Of a stretch of 64,000 bases of DNA, positions 18,737 to 27,987 are shown in pieces (positions within the stretch are counted from its first letter, which is position 1; the number at the start of each line of letters is the position of its first letter). Origin of the DNA: Planctomycetota bacterium (GTDB lineage Bacteria > Planctomycetota > UBA1135 > UBA2386); the NCBI GenBank assembly GCA_965228735.1, contig OZ245838.1:2656001-2720000 (forward strand), read 5' to 3'. The position numbers were made by a program, and so were the translations under genes. The notes under the pieces were generated by a model. That model did not search any database, was not told where the DNA came from, and worked only from the letters and a program-made list of their open reading frames with translations.

Positions 18737-19438
18737 CTACTGGACGACGACCCAGAGGTTGGTGTCGCGCCCGCGCGTGTTGCCGGCAGCGCGCGCGGTG
18801 AGCGAGCTGCTGCCCGTCGCAACGAACGCCGCATCGTAGGCCGGCGTGGGCGAAGCCCCGCTGTATTCGACGCCGTCACCGTTCGTCGACAGCACGTCAC
18901 CCGCCTGGTTGATGAAGAACGCGCGCAGCCCAGTGCTGCCGTGGACGACGGGCCACGCGTAGCAGCACCAGACGATCTCCGCGTCCTGCGGCGAGACCCC
19001 GTTGTCGTTGCCCGTGTCCCCGCCCGTCGCGTCCTCCGCGATTCCCGCCCCCGTCGCGGACGGCAGGTACATCTGGAACAGGTACCCGGACCGCGTCGCC
19101 CGCGAGTTCACCAGATTGCCGAACGACGCCGACAGGATCTGCGGCTCGACCCGCTGCGCGCTGCCGCGCACCGTCACCGCACCGGCGACCTCGCCGAGGT
19201 AGCCGTACTCGCCCGCGCCGTTGCCGTTCACGTCGATGATCCCCGACGCGTGACATTGCGCCTGCGCCGACGAGATGTTCTTGAGCGTCGAGATCGCCGC
19301 CGACTCGTTGGCGTGCAGCCGCGCGCTGACAAGGTTCGGCACCGCGATCGACGCGATGATCGCGATGATCGCGATGACGATCATCAGCTCGATGAGCGTG
19401 AACCCCCGGTCTCGGGCCCTTGGATCCTGGCTAACCAT
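18737..19438 (-). CDS. Type IV pilin-like protein (paralog 2)
   Basis: Class III signal RG/FTLIELMIVIAIIAIIASIAVPNL; ANESAAISTLKNI; WCCYAWP..HGSTGLRAFFINQAGDV (DUF2950-like head). Confidence 0.9.
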   Translation of the reverse strand: MVSQDPRARDRGFTLIELMIVIAIIAIIASIAVPNLVSARLHANESAAISTLKNISSAQAQCHASGIIDVNGNGAGEYGYLGEVAGAVTVRGSAQRVEPQILSASFGNLVNSRATRSGYLFQMYLPSATGAGIAEDATGGDTGNDNGVSPQDAEIVWCCYAWPVVHGSTGLRAFFINQAGDVLSTNGDGVEYSGASPTPAYDAAFVATGSSSLTARAAGNTRGRDTNLWVVVQ

Positions 19439-19489
19439 GATGAAGCGGCATGCTCCCTTCTTCGGCATCGCTGCCCGCTCCATGAACGA

Positions 19490-19531
19490 GAGAACGCCCG
19501 CCGGCTCACATTGGAACCCGCGGGCGTTCTC
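19490..19531 (-). terminator. Stem-loop downstream of the first pilin gene
   Basis: 12-bp stem GAGAACGCCCGC / GCGGGCGTTCTC followed by a weak pyrimidine tract on the minus strand. Confidence 0.55.
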
Positions 19532-19570
19532 GGATCGGGCCCGAGGGCCCGACCAGCGATGTGACCAGTC

Positions 19571-20257
19571 TTACTGGACGACGACCCAGAAGTTGCCGTC
19601 GCGGGCCAGCGTGTTGCCGGCGATCTGCTCGCTCATCGAGTTGCTGCCGCCGTTGATGAAGGCCTCGCCGTACGCCGGGATCTCGTTGGTGCCGTCGTAG
19701 AGCGTGCTCGCGCCGTTCGTCGCGAGGACGTCACCGCCCTGGTTGATGAAGAACGTGCGCTTGCCCGAGTTGCCGGCAACGCTCGGCCAGGCGTAGCAGC
19801 ACCACATGGTCTCGGCCGACGGCGCGTCGACGCCGTTGTCGTTGGCCGTGTCGCCACCGGTCGCGTCTTCCGCGACACCGGCGCTGGTGTTCGACGGCAG
19901 GTAGAGCTGGAAGAGGTAGCCCGAACGCGTGACGCGCGAGGCCGTGACGTTACCGAACGCCGACGACAGGACCGGCGGCTGGATGTTCAGCGTGCTGCCG
20001 CGCACGGCAACCGCGCCGGACAGCTCGCCGAAGAAGCCGTACTCGCCCTGGCCGTTCGTGTTGGTGTCGATGATGCCGGACGCCTGGCACTGCGCCTGGG
20101 CCGACGAGATGTTCTTGAGCGTCGCGATCGCGGCCGACTCGTTCGCGTTCAGACGCGCACTGAGAAGGTTCGGAATCGCGATCGACGCGATGATGGCGAT
20201 GATCGCAACGACGATCATCAGCTCGATGAGTGTGAAGCCCTGTTCCCGCTTGGACAT
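19571..20257 (-). CDS. Type IV pilin-like protein, probable major pilin (paralog 1)
   Basis: MSKREQG/FTLIELMIVVAIIAIIASIAIPNL; short leader; GGAG Shine-Dalgarno upstream; downstream hairpin. Confidence 0.92.
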   Translation of the reverse strand: MSKREQGFTLIELMIVVAIIAIIASIAIPNLLSARLNANESAAIATLKNISSAQAQCQASGIIDTNTNGQGEYGFFGELSGAVAVRGSTLNIQPPVLSSAFGNVTASRVTRSGYLFQLYLPSNTSAGVAEDATGGDTANDNGVDAPSAETMWCCYAWPSVAGNSGKRTFFINQGGDVLATNGASTLYDGTNEIPAYGEAFINGGSNSMSEQIAGNTLARDGNFWVVVQ

Positions 20258-20347
20258 AGTTTTCTCCCTAGCAACCTTGTTTCTGCGAACGACCCCCGTG
20301 GCCGTCCTCGTGTTTCCCCTATGTGTGACTCTTCCTTCCGCACACCC

Positions 20348-21229
20348 TCAGCGCCCCATCGGGGCCGCCGAGGCAGGTTGGATGAGTTCCATGAATCGAA
20401 CGTCTGACGAGAGCGCCTGCCAGGTGTCCCGTTCTTCCCGAACGAGACGCCGAGTGTCGGCAGGCGCCGCGGCAACCGCGCGCTTCAGGCACTCGATTGC
20501 GGTATCGGTCTGGTCCTGCCGGAACTTGAGGCGTGCAAGGTAGTAATCGGCGATGGGCGCGCGCTCGCGCGCCTGCTCGAACGCCTGCGCCGCGGTCTGC
20601 AGATCACCGAGCTCTTCGTACTCGATGCCCGCTTGCACCCATGCCACGGGTTCGACCGCCGCGTCCTCGACGACCTCGCCGAGCAGCGCGCGGGCCTCGT
20701 CGCGGCGATCGAGTTCGCGCAACGTCGCCGCCTGCTCGATGCGGCGCTGGGCCCCGAAACGAGAATCCAGCTCGACCTTGTGGCGCTCGAACACCGCGAC
20801 CGCGGCCTCGCCCTGCCCGGCTTCGCGCAACATGCGCGCCTGGTTGAACGCCAGCACGTCGCGCTGCTCGTCGCCGCAGTCCTCGCAGTCGCGAGCCTTG
20901 CCGTAGCACGCCGCCGCATCACCGAACTCGCCCTGCAGCATGTGGGCGAACCCGCGAAACTCGGAAGTGATCGCCATGCCCGGCGTGCTCTTCTCGACGC
21001 GGTCGAGGAGCACGATGGCCTCGGTGACCATCTGCTCGCGATTCGACAGTCGCTCGCCCTGCTTGTCGAACTCCGGGATCCCGTAGGCCAGCCGCAGCTG
21101 CACGTCGGCGCTGCTCAGCAGCGTCATCGCGTCGGCCTCGGCTTCGTAGGTCATGACGACGGCGCCCAGGCCGCCGAGCAGAACCACCGCGCCGCCGTAG
21201 AGCAGCGCCCGTCTCGTGTTCTCGTTCAT
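20348..21229 (-). CDS. Membrane-anchored TPR protein
   Basis: Start MNENTRRALLYGG with GAGGGG SD; N-terminal TM; repeated TPR helices. Confidence 0.8.
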   Translation of the reverse strand: MNENTRRALLYGGAVVLLGGLGAVVMTYEAEADAMTLLSSADVQLRLAYGIPEFDKQGERLSNREQMVTEAIVLLDRVEKSTPGMAITSEFRGFAHMLQGEFGDAAACYGKARDCEDCGDEQRDVLAFNQARMLREAGQGEAAVAVFERHKVELDSRFGAQRRIEQAATLRELDRRDEARALLGEVVEDAAVEPVAWVQAGIEYEELGDLQTAAQAFEQARERAPIADYYLARLKFRQDQTDTAIECLKRAVAAAPADTRRLVREERDTWQALSSDVRFMELIQPASAAPMGR

Positions 21230-21298
21230 ATCCCCTCTTCGCCGGGGCGCGCCGCTGCCGGCGTGCCCCTGTCCCCGCATGTTCGTGATCTCGCCGGC

Positions 21299-22531
21299 CT
21301 AGCCGCCCGACAGCTGCTCCTGCAGCTTGAAGATCGGCAGGAAGACCGCGAGCACGATGCCGCCCACGATGACGCCCATGATGGCGATCATGATCGGCTC
21401 GATCATCGAGGTGAGGCCCTTGACCTCGGCCTCGACCTGCTGGTCGTAGAACTCGGCGATCTTCTCGAGCAGCGCGTCGAGCGCGCCGGCCCGCTCACCG
21501 ATGGCCATCATCTTGGTGACCATCGGCGGGAAGATCGTGGACTTGGTGAACGGCTCGCTCAGGCTCTCACCGTTCTTCACGCTCTCCTTCGCCTGGTCGA
21601 CGATATTGCTGATCACCAGGTTGCCGGCGGTATCCGACACGATCTCCATCGCGCCGAGGATCGGCACACCGCTCTTCACGAGCGTCGAGAACGTGCGGGC
21701 GAAGCGCGACAGCGCGACCTTCTTGAACAGCACGCCGAACACCGGCAGCCGCAGCATGATGTGGTCCTTGATGAGCGCACCGCGCGGCGTCTTCGCGAAC
21801 GCCTTCCACCCGACCCCGAGCGCGAACGCGCCGCCGAAGATCAGGTACCAGTAGTCGCGCATGAAGAACGCGATGTCCATGATGAAGATCGTCAGCCCCG
21901 GCAGCTCGACCCCGAGGGAGTCGAACACCGGCTTGAACGACGGCACGATGCCGATCATCAGGAACGAGGCGATGCCGATGACGAGGAACAGCGAGATGAC
22001 CGGGTAGGTCATCGCCGACTTGATCTCGTTGCGCAGGTGGGCCGCGGCCTCGAGGTACTCCGCGAGACGGACGAGGATCACGTCGATCTGGCCGGAGACC
22101 TCACCGGCCCGGATCATGCTGACGTAGATGTGCGAGAAGACCTTCTTGTGCGCCTCGAGCGCCTTGCTGAGATCCGCACCAGAACGGATGTCATCGACGA
22201 CCTTGTCGAGACAGAACCGGAAGCCCGCCGACTCGGCCTGATCCGCGAGGATCTCGAGCGCCTCGAGCATCGGGATACCCGCACCGAGCATCGTCGCGAG
22301 CTGGCGCGTGAAGACCTCGAGCTCGCCCTTCTTGACGGAGCTCTTCGTCGCGGTCTTGTTGTTCGCCTTCGCCCAGAACTCGGCGAAGCCGCCGGCCTTC
22401 GTGACGCCCATCGGCGTCAGGTTGCGGCGCCGCAGGTCGTTGATGACGTCGGCCTGCGACTTCGCGGAGACCGACCCCTTGACGGTCTTGCCAGAAGCGT
22501 CGCGCGCCTCGAACTTGAACTTGGTTGCCAT
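21299..22531 (-). CDS. pilC: Type IV pilus / T2SS inner-membrane platform protein PilC (GspF family)
   Basis: FTRQLATMLGAGIP, AGEVSGQID, IKSAMTYP, RFARTFSTLVKSGVP, IGERAGALD, LTSMIEP. Confidence 0.95.
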   Translation of the reverse strand: MATKFKFEARDASGKTVKGSVSAKSQADVINDLRRRNLTPMGVTKAGGFAEFWAKANNKTATKSSVKKGELEVFTRQLATMLGAGIPMLEALEILADQAESAGFRFCLDKVVDDIRSGADLSKALEAHKKVFSHIYVSMIRAGEVSGQIDVILVRLAEYLEAAAHLRNEIKSAMTYPVISLFLVIGIASFLMIGIVPSFKPVFDSLGVELPGLTIFIMDIAFFMRDYWYLIFGGAFALGVGWKAFAKTPRGALIKDHIMLRLPVFGVLFKKVALSRFARTFSTLVKSGVPILGAMEIVSDTAGNLVISNIVDQAKESVKNGESLSEPFTKSTIFPPMVTKMMAIGERAGALDALLEKIAEFYDQQVEAEVKGLTSMIEPIMIAIMGVIVGGIVLAVFLPIFKLQEQLSGG

Positions 22532-22554
22532 GCGTTGCGTTCCCCTGCCGCAGC

Positions 22555-24270
22555 TCAGTCGGCCATCGTCACCGATTCGACTTCTTGAAGACTGGTCTTG
22601 CCGCGCGCCGCGTTGAGCAGGCCACAACGCCGCAGCGTGAGCATGCCCTCCGACAGCGCGAGCTTCTTGACGTCGGCGATGTGCGCACCGTCGACGACCA
22701 TGCGCTTCACGCCTTCACTCATCCGCATCGTCTCGAGGAGCGCGAAGCGGCCCTTGTAGCCCTGGTTGCAGCGCGGACAGCCGACGGGCTCGTAGATCTC
22801 CATCTCCGGGATCCCGCCGTCGAGATCCTCGTCCGTGTAGCCGAGCCGCTTCAGCGCTTCCGGCTTGAGCTCGACCCGCTTCTTGCAGTTGGGACAGAGC
22901 TTGCGGCCGAGACGCTGCGCACAGATCAGGAGCGCCGCGCTCGAGACCATGAACGGATCCATCCCCATGTCGACCATACGAGTGATGGTCGACGGCGCGT
23001 CGTTCGTGTGGAGCGTGCTCAACACGAGGTGGCCCGTGAGCGCGGCCTTGACGCCGATCTCGAGGGTCTCGTGGTCACGAATCTCACCGATCAGGACGAC
23101 GTCCGGGTCCTGACGCAGGATCGAGCGCAGCGCCGCGGCGAACGTCATGCCCGCCTTCGGGTTGACGGGCACCTGGTTGATCCCCTCGAGCTGGTATTCG
23201 ACCGGGTCCTCGACCGTGACGAGGTTGATGTCCGGCTGCGCGATGCTCTGCACCGCGGAGTACAGCGTCGTCGACTTACCAGAACCCGTCGGGCCGGTGA
23301 CGAGGATCATGCCGTAGGGCTGCGCGCAGGCCCACTTGTAGTCCTCCATCGACTTGCTCTCGAAGCCGAGCGACTCGATGTCCAGCGCGAGGTTGCTGCT
23401 GTCGAGAATACGGAAGACGGTCTTCTCGCCCCAGACGACCGGCAGGATCGACACGCGGAAGTCGATCGCCTTGCGACCGATCTTCATCTGGAACTTGCCG
23501 TCCTGCGGGATGCGACGCTCGGCGATGTCGAGCTTCGCCATGATCTTGATGCGCGAGGTGATCGTGTTCTGCATCCGCTTCGGCAGCTGCATCGCTTCGT
23601 AGAGCGCGCCGTCCTTGCGGTAGCGGATGATGACCTTCTTCTCGAACGGCTCGATGTGGATATCGCTCGCGCCCGTGTTGCAGCCGTCGAGGATGATCTT
23701 GTTCACGAGCTTGACGACCGGCGCGTCCTCGTCGCTGATCGACGACAGGTCGGTCGTGTCGTCCTCGATCTTGGACTCCTGCAGCTCGACGTCCTCGCCG
23801 TCGAACGTGCCGAGGATGCCGTCGACCGACTCGCTCTCCTTCTGATAACCGCGTTCGATCGCCTTCTCGATCTCCTCCGCGGTGCTCGCAACCGTGCGGA
23901 GCTGACAGCCGGTGATGATCCGGATGTCGTCGAGCTTGAGAACGTCGAACGGGTTGGCGACCGCGACCGTGAGGATCGAGCCGATGCGGTCGATCGGGAA
24001 GATGCCGTACTCGGTGGCCGTCTCCTCGGGCACCGACTCGAGCACTTCCTTGTTGACCGCGAGCTTGTTCAGATCGATCGGCGGGATGTTCGCCGCGCGC
24101 GCGAGCATCCCCGTGAGCTCGGAGGCCGACGCGATGCCCTTCTTGACGAGGATCTCGGTGAAGGGCCGGCCCTGGCTCTTGGCCTCGGCCAGCGCCTCGT
24201 CGGCGACCTCGACCTCGACCTTGCCGGCCTTCTCGAGGAGCTGCTTGAGTTTCTTGGCGAGCTGCGACAT
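22555..24270 (-). CDS. pilB: Type IV pilus assembly ATPase PilB (GspE family)
   Basis: ASDIHIEP, LDIAERRIPQDG, Walker A GPTGSGKSTT, EDPVEY, LRQDPD, AALTGHLVLSTLHTND, two CxxC Zn motifs. Confidence 0.95.
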   Translation of the reverse strand: MSQLAKKLKQLLEKAGKVEVEVADEALAEAKSQGRPFTEILVKKGIASASELTGMLARAANIPPIDLNKLAVNKEVLESVPEETATEYGIFPIDRIGSILTVAVANPFDVLKLDDIRIITGCQLRTVASTAEEIEKAIERGYQKESESVDGILGTFDGEDVELQESKIEDDTTDLSSISDEDAPVVKLVNKIILDGCNTGASDIHIEPFEKKVIIRYRKDGALYEAMQLPKRMQNTITSRIKIMAKLDIAERRIPQDGKFQMKIGRKAIDFRVSILPVVWGEKTVFRILDSSNLALDIESLGFESKSMEDYKWACAQPYGMILVTGPTGSGKSTTLYSAVQSIAQPDINLVTVEDPVEYQLEGINQVPVNPKAGMTFAAALRSILRQDPDVVLIGEIRDHETLEIGVKAALTGHLVLSTLHTNDAPSTITRMVDMGMDPFMVSSAALLICAQRLGRKLCPNCKKRVELKPEALKRLGYTDEDLDGGIPEMEIYEPVGCPRCNQGYKGRFALLETMRMSEGVKRMVVDGAHIADVKKLALSEGMLTLRRCGLLNAARGKTSLQEVESVTMAD

Positions 24271-24276
24271 CGGGTG

Positions 24277-25368
24277 TTACCGCCTGCGGCTCCCACCACC
24301 GCTACCGGCGCGCTCCATGAGGCGTTGGAAGTCCGCGGGATCGCTGCTCCGCTCCAGCGCGTCCTCGTAGCTGACGGTGCCGGCGCGGTAGAGGTCGAAG
24401 AGCGACTGGTTCATCGTTCGCATGCCCGACTGCCCGCCGGTCTGGACCGACGACATGATCTGGTGCGCCTTGTTGTCGCGGATCATCGCGCGGATGGCGG
24501 GCGTCACGATCATGACCTCGGCAGCCAGCGCGCGGCCCTTGCCGTGCGTCCGCGGCACGAGCTGCTGGCAGACGACCGCCTGCAGCGTGAACGACAGCAT
24601 CGTGCGGATCTGCTGCTGCTGGTGCGCCGGGAAAACGTCGACGATGCGGTTGACGGTCTGCTGCACGTCGGACGTATGGAGGGTCGCGAACGTGAGGTGG
24701 CCGGTCTCGGCGAGCGTCAGCGCCGCTTCGATCGTCTCGAGGTCGCGCATCTCGCCGATGAGCACGACGTCGGGATCCTGACGCAGCACGGACTTCAGAG
24801 CGTTCTCGAAGCCGTGCGTGTCGCCGCCGACCTCGCGCTGGTTCACGAGACAACCCTTGTTCCCGTGCAGGAACTCGATCGGGTCCTCGATCGTGATGAT
24901 GTGACCCTGGCGTTGCTCGTTGATGTGGTTGACGATCGACGCGAGCGTCGTCGACTTACCAGAACCCGTCGCCCCGGTGCACAGCACCAGGCCGCGTGGC
25001 AGGTTGCAGATCCACTCGCAGACCTTGGTCGGTAGCCCGATGGTCGTGAAGTCGAAGACCTCGTACGGAATCACGCGCAGCACGGCCGCGACGGTGCCGC
25101 GCTGCAGGAACACGTTCGTTCGAAAGCGCCCGAGGTTCGTGACGCCGAACGAGAAGTCGATCTCGAGGTTCTTCTCGAACTTGGCGATCTGGTCCGGACC
25201 GATGACGGAGTAGATCAGCTTCTTCGCCGCCTCCGGCGAGAGCGCTTCGTACTCGCTGTCGACGAGCTTGCCGTCGACGCGGATCCGAGGAGGAGTGCCG
25301 ACCGAAAGGTGCAGGTCGGATCCACCGCGCTGAACCATCAGGTTCAGCAGTTCTTCCATCGAGACCAT
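24277..25368 (-). CDS. pilT: Type IV pilus retraction ATPase PilT
   Basis: GSDLHL, GRFRTNVF, GATGSGKSTT, EDPIEF, NQREVG, LRQDPD, AETGHL, AIRAMIRDNK (AIRNLIRE-like). Confidence 0.95.
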   Translation of the reverse strand: MVSMEELLNLMVQRGGSDLHLSVGTPPRIRVDGKLVDSEYEALSPEAAKKLIYSVIGPDQIAKFEKNLEIDFSFGVTNLGRFRTNVFLQRGTVAAVLRVIPYEVFDFTTIGLPTKVCEWICNLPRGLVLCTGATGSGKSTTLASIVNHINEQRQGHIITIEDPIEFLHGNKGCLVNQREVGGDTHGFENALKSVLRQDPDVVLIGEMRDLETIEAALTLAETGHLTFATLHTSDVQQTVNRIVDVFPAHQQQQIRTMLSFTLQAVVCQQLVPRTHGKGRALAAEVMIVTPAIRAMIRDNKAHQIMSSVQTGGQSGMRTMNQSLFDLYRAGTVSYEDALERSSDPADFQRLMERAGSGGGSRRR

Positions 25369-25553
25369 CTGGGGGCTCCTTGCTCCGGCCGATCCCTATG
25401 ATCGGCCCTGCCCCTATCGGTCTCGGGCGGCGGCGAGGTTGAGCGCCGCCGCCGGGAAGGGGCAGATCGCGGGCCTGCCGACCCGGAGGATGCCGGCCGC
25501 GGGGCCGGCCGCGCGCGCGTCTCCGTATGAGACGCGGCGCTGCGGGAACTCCC

Positions 25554-27590
25554 CTACTTCTCGGCGTGCGCCTGCTCGACGACCGCCTTGCGCTGCGCGA
25601 CGATGTCGTTCTGCACGTTCGGCGGCACGGCCTCGTAGGAGGCGAACTGCATCGAGAACGTGCCCTCACCAGCGGTGATGGAGCGCAGCTGTGTCGAGTA
25701 ATCCAACATCGACGCGAGCGGCACCTGGGCCTTGATCGTCTGGATGCCGTTCTCGATCTCCATGCCGGACATGCGGCCGCGCGCGCTGGACAGGTTGCCC
25801 GCGACGTCGCCCGTGAAGCGCTCCGGCACGTGGATCTCGACGTCCATGATCGGCTCGAGCAGGATCGGCTTGGCCTTGAGGTAGCCGTCGTGCACGGCGC
25901 GCTGCCCGGCGAGCTGGAAGCTCAGCTGGTCGCTGTCGACGTCGTGGAACTTGCCATCGTGGACCTCGACGCGCAGATCGACGACCTGGAAGCCCGCGAG
26001 CGCACCCTTCTCGGTGAACTTCACCGCGCCCTTCTCGACCTCGGGGATGAACTGCCGCGGGATCGCGCCGCCGACGATCGAGTCGACGAACTCGAAGCCC
26101 GCGCCGTGCTCCCGCGGCGCGATGCGCAGGTAGACCTCGGCGAACTGGCCGCGCCCGCCCGACTGCTTCTTGTGCCGGTGGTGCCCTTCGGCCGGCGCCA
26201 TGATCGTCTCGCGGTACGGGATCGTCGGCGGACCGTGCTCGACGTCGACCTGGTAGCGCTCGTGCATGCGCGCGAACTGCACCTCGAGGTGCAGCGGGCT
26301 CATGCCCGTGAGCAGGAACTCGCCAGTCTCCGGATCGCGCCCGTACTGCAGCGTCGGATCCTCGAGCACGACCTTCTCGACCGCGCTGCCGATCTTCTGC
26401 TCGTCGCCGCGCGACTTCGGCCAGATGTGACGCGAGTAGGTCGGCAACGGGAAGTTCGGCTTCGGGAACGCGATGTCGCCCCCGTCCGCGAACACCGTGT
26501 CGCCGTACTCGAGCCCCTCGATCTTGCTCACGGCGAACAGATCGCCCGCGACGACCTTGTCGATCTCGTTCGTCTCCTTGCCGTGAACTCGGAAGATGTG
26601 CGCGAACTTGAGCGACTGCCCGTCGCGCGCGACCTTGACCGAGCTGTCCTTGCCGAGCGACCCGCGCAGGCAGCGCAGGTACGACATCCGCCCGACGTAG
26701 GGGTCGGAGACGATCTTGAAGACCTTGGCGGCGAACGGCTCATCGGCCGCGGGCTCGCAGAGCTCGCCGAACGACTCGGCCCCGGGCTTGCCGGCGCCGC
26801 GCGCGCCGAAGCAGACCGGCGACGGGAAGTGCTCCGAGACGAACGCGAGGAACTTGCGCAACCCGAGCGGACTCAGCGGGTTGATCGCGAACACGGGCGC
26901 CAGCTTGCCGCCCGCGATCGCGCGCCGCAGGTTGGCCTCGAACTCGTCGTCCTCGAGGTGACCGGCCTCGAGGTAGTGCTCCATGAGCGTGTCGTCGACC
27001 TCGGCCTCGTCCTCCTCGATCTGCTCGTGGTATTCCTCGCCGTGCGGCCCCTCGCGCTTCAGCACGTTGAGCGCGGTCTTGAAGTCCTTCGCGGTGCCGT
27101 CGGGGTAGGTCACGGGCACGACCGCGTGACCGAACGCCTCGCGCAGCTCGGCGAGCGTCCGGTCGAAGTCCGTGTTCACGTGGTCGAGGTGGGTCACGAC
27201 GATCGCGCGCCCGACGCCGATGTCACCGGCCGCCTGCCACAGCTGCCGCGCATGGAACGTCAGCGGGCTCGTCGCGTTGACGACGAGCACGACGGTCTCG
27301 ACGACGTCCATCGCGGCGATCGCCGACGCGATGAAGTCGTTGTGGCCCGGCGTGTCGAAGACGTTGAGAACGTGGCCACCGTGCTCCATGCGGAAGAGGT
27401 GCGACGTCAGCGTGTGCTTGCGCTCCTTCTCCTCGGGCTCGACGTCGCTGATGCTCGTGCCCTCCGCGGAGCTGCCGAGCCGCGAGGTCAGTTCGAGATG
27501 ATGGGCGAGGGCGTCGATCAGCGCGGTCTTTCCCGAGTGACCGTGCCCGACGAGCGCGAGGTTGCGGATGTCTTCCGATCCGTGAGCCAT
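25554..27590 (-). CDS. Elongation factor G-like protein (divergent EF-G II paralog)
   Basis: IRNLALVGHGHSGKT, DTPGH, PYRETI, HKKQSGGRGQFAEV, HDVDS, ILLEPIM; full EF-G domain order. Confidence 0.92.
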   Translation of the reverse strand: MAHGSEDIRNLALVGHGHSGKTALIDALAHHLELTSRLGSSAEGTSISDVEPEEKERKHTLTSHLFRMEHGGHVLNVFDTPGHNDFIASAIAAMDVVETVVLVVNATSPLTFHARQLWQAAGDIGVGRAIVVTHLDHVNTDFDRTLAELREAFGHAVVPVTYPDGTAKDFKTALNVLKREGPHGEEYHEQIEEDEAEVDDTLMEHYLEAGHLEDDEFEANLRRAIAGGKLAPVFAINPLSPLGLRKFLAFVSEHFPSPVCFGARGAGKPGAESFGELCEPAADEPFAAKVFKIVSDPYVGRMSYLRCLRGSLGKDSSVKVARDGQSLKFAHIFRVHGKETNEIDKVVAGDLFAVSKIEGLEYGDTVFADGGDIAFPKPNFPLPTYSRHIWPKSRGDEQKIGSAVEKVVLEDPTLQYGRDPETGEFLLTGMSPLHLEVQFARMHERYQVDVEHGPPTIPYRETIMAPAEGHHRHKKQSGGRGQFAEVYLRIAPREHGAGFEFVDSIVGGAIPRQFIPEVEKGAVKFTEKGALAGFQVVDLRVEVHDGKFHDVDSDQLSFQLAGQRAVHDGYLKAKPILLEPIMDVEIHVPERFTGDVAGNLSSARGRMSGMEIENGIQTIKAQVPLASMLDYSTQLRSITAGEGTFSMQFASYEAVPPNVQNDIVAQRKAVVEQAHAEK

Positions 27591-27987
27591 GGCGATGTCC
27601 GTTCTGTGAAGGCGCGCGCGGGGCGCCGGGAGAGAGGGTGAGTCTCCGGCACACGCGGGCTGGCCGCCGGGGGGAACGCGCCGAACGCGCGCTCCAGGCG
27701 CCCAGGAAGGTGGGCCGGCGATTACGGGGGACCTCTCCTTATACCCGGCTCGCTACGTCGGGACAGCCCTGGAGCGCCCTCATCACCGGACCACCTGGTA
27801 GCCGTCTGGCGAGCTCACGAGGGCCTGCGGCACGGAGTCCCCGGGCGGCTCCGCCGGGACCGAATCCACCATGGCATCGCGCGGCCCCGCGCGGAGCGGC
27901 GCCCCGGACTCCCGACTTGCAGCTGCTCGAGGTATTCCGCATCCGGACGAGCCGTCACGAAGTTCAGATCTGGTAGGCGGGATTCCG

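Noticed and set aside
25554..27590. Calling this the canonical fusA displaced from the str operon
   Set aside because: Lacks AHIDAGKTT, RGITI and NKMD; it is an EF-G II type paralog.
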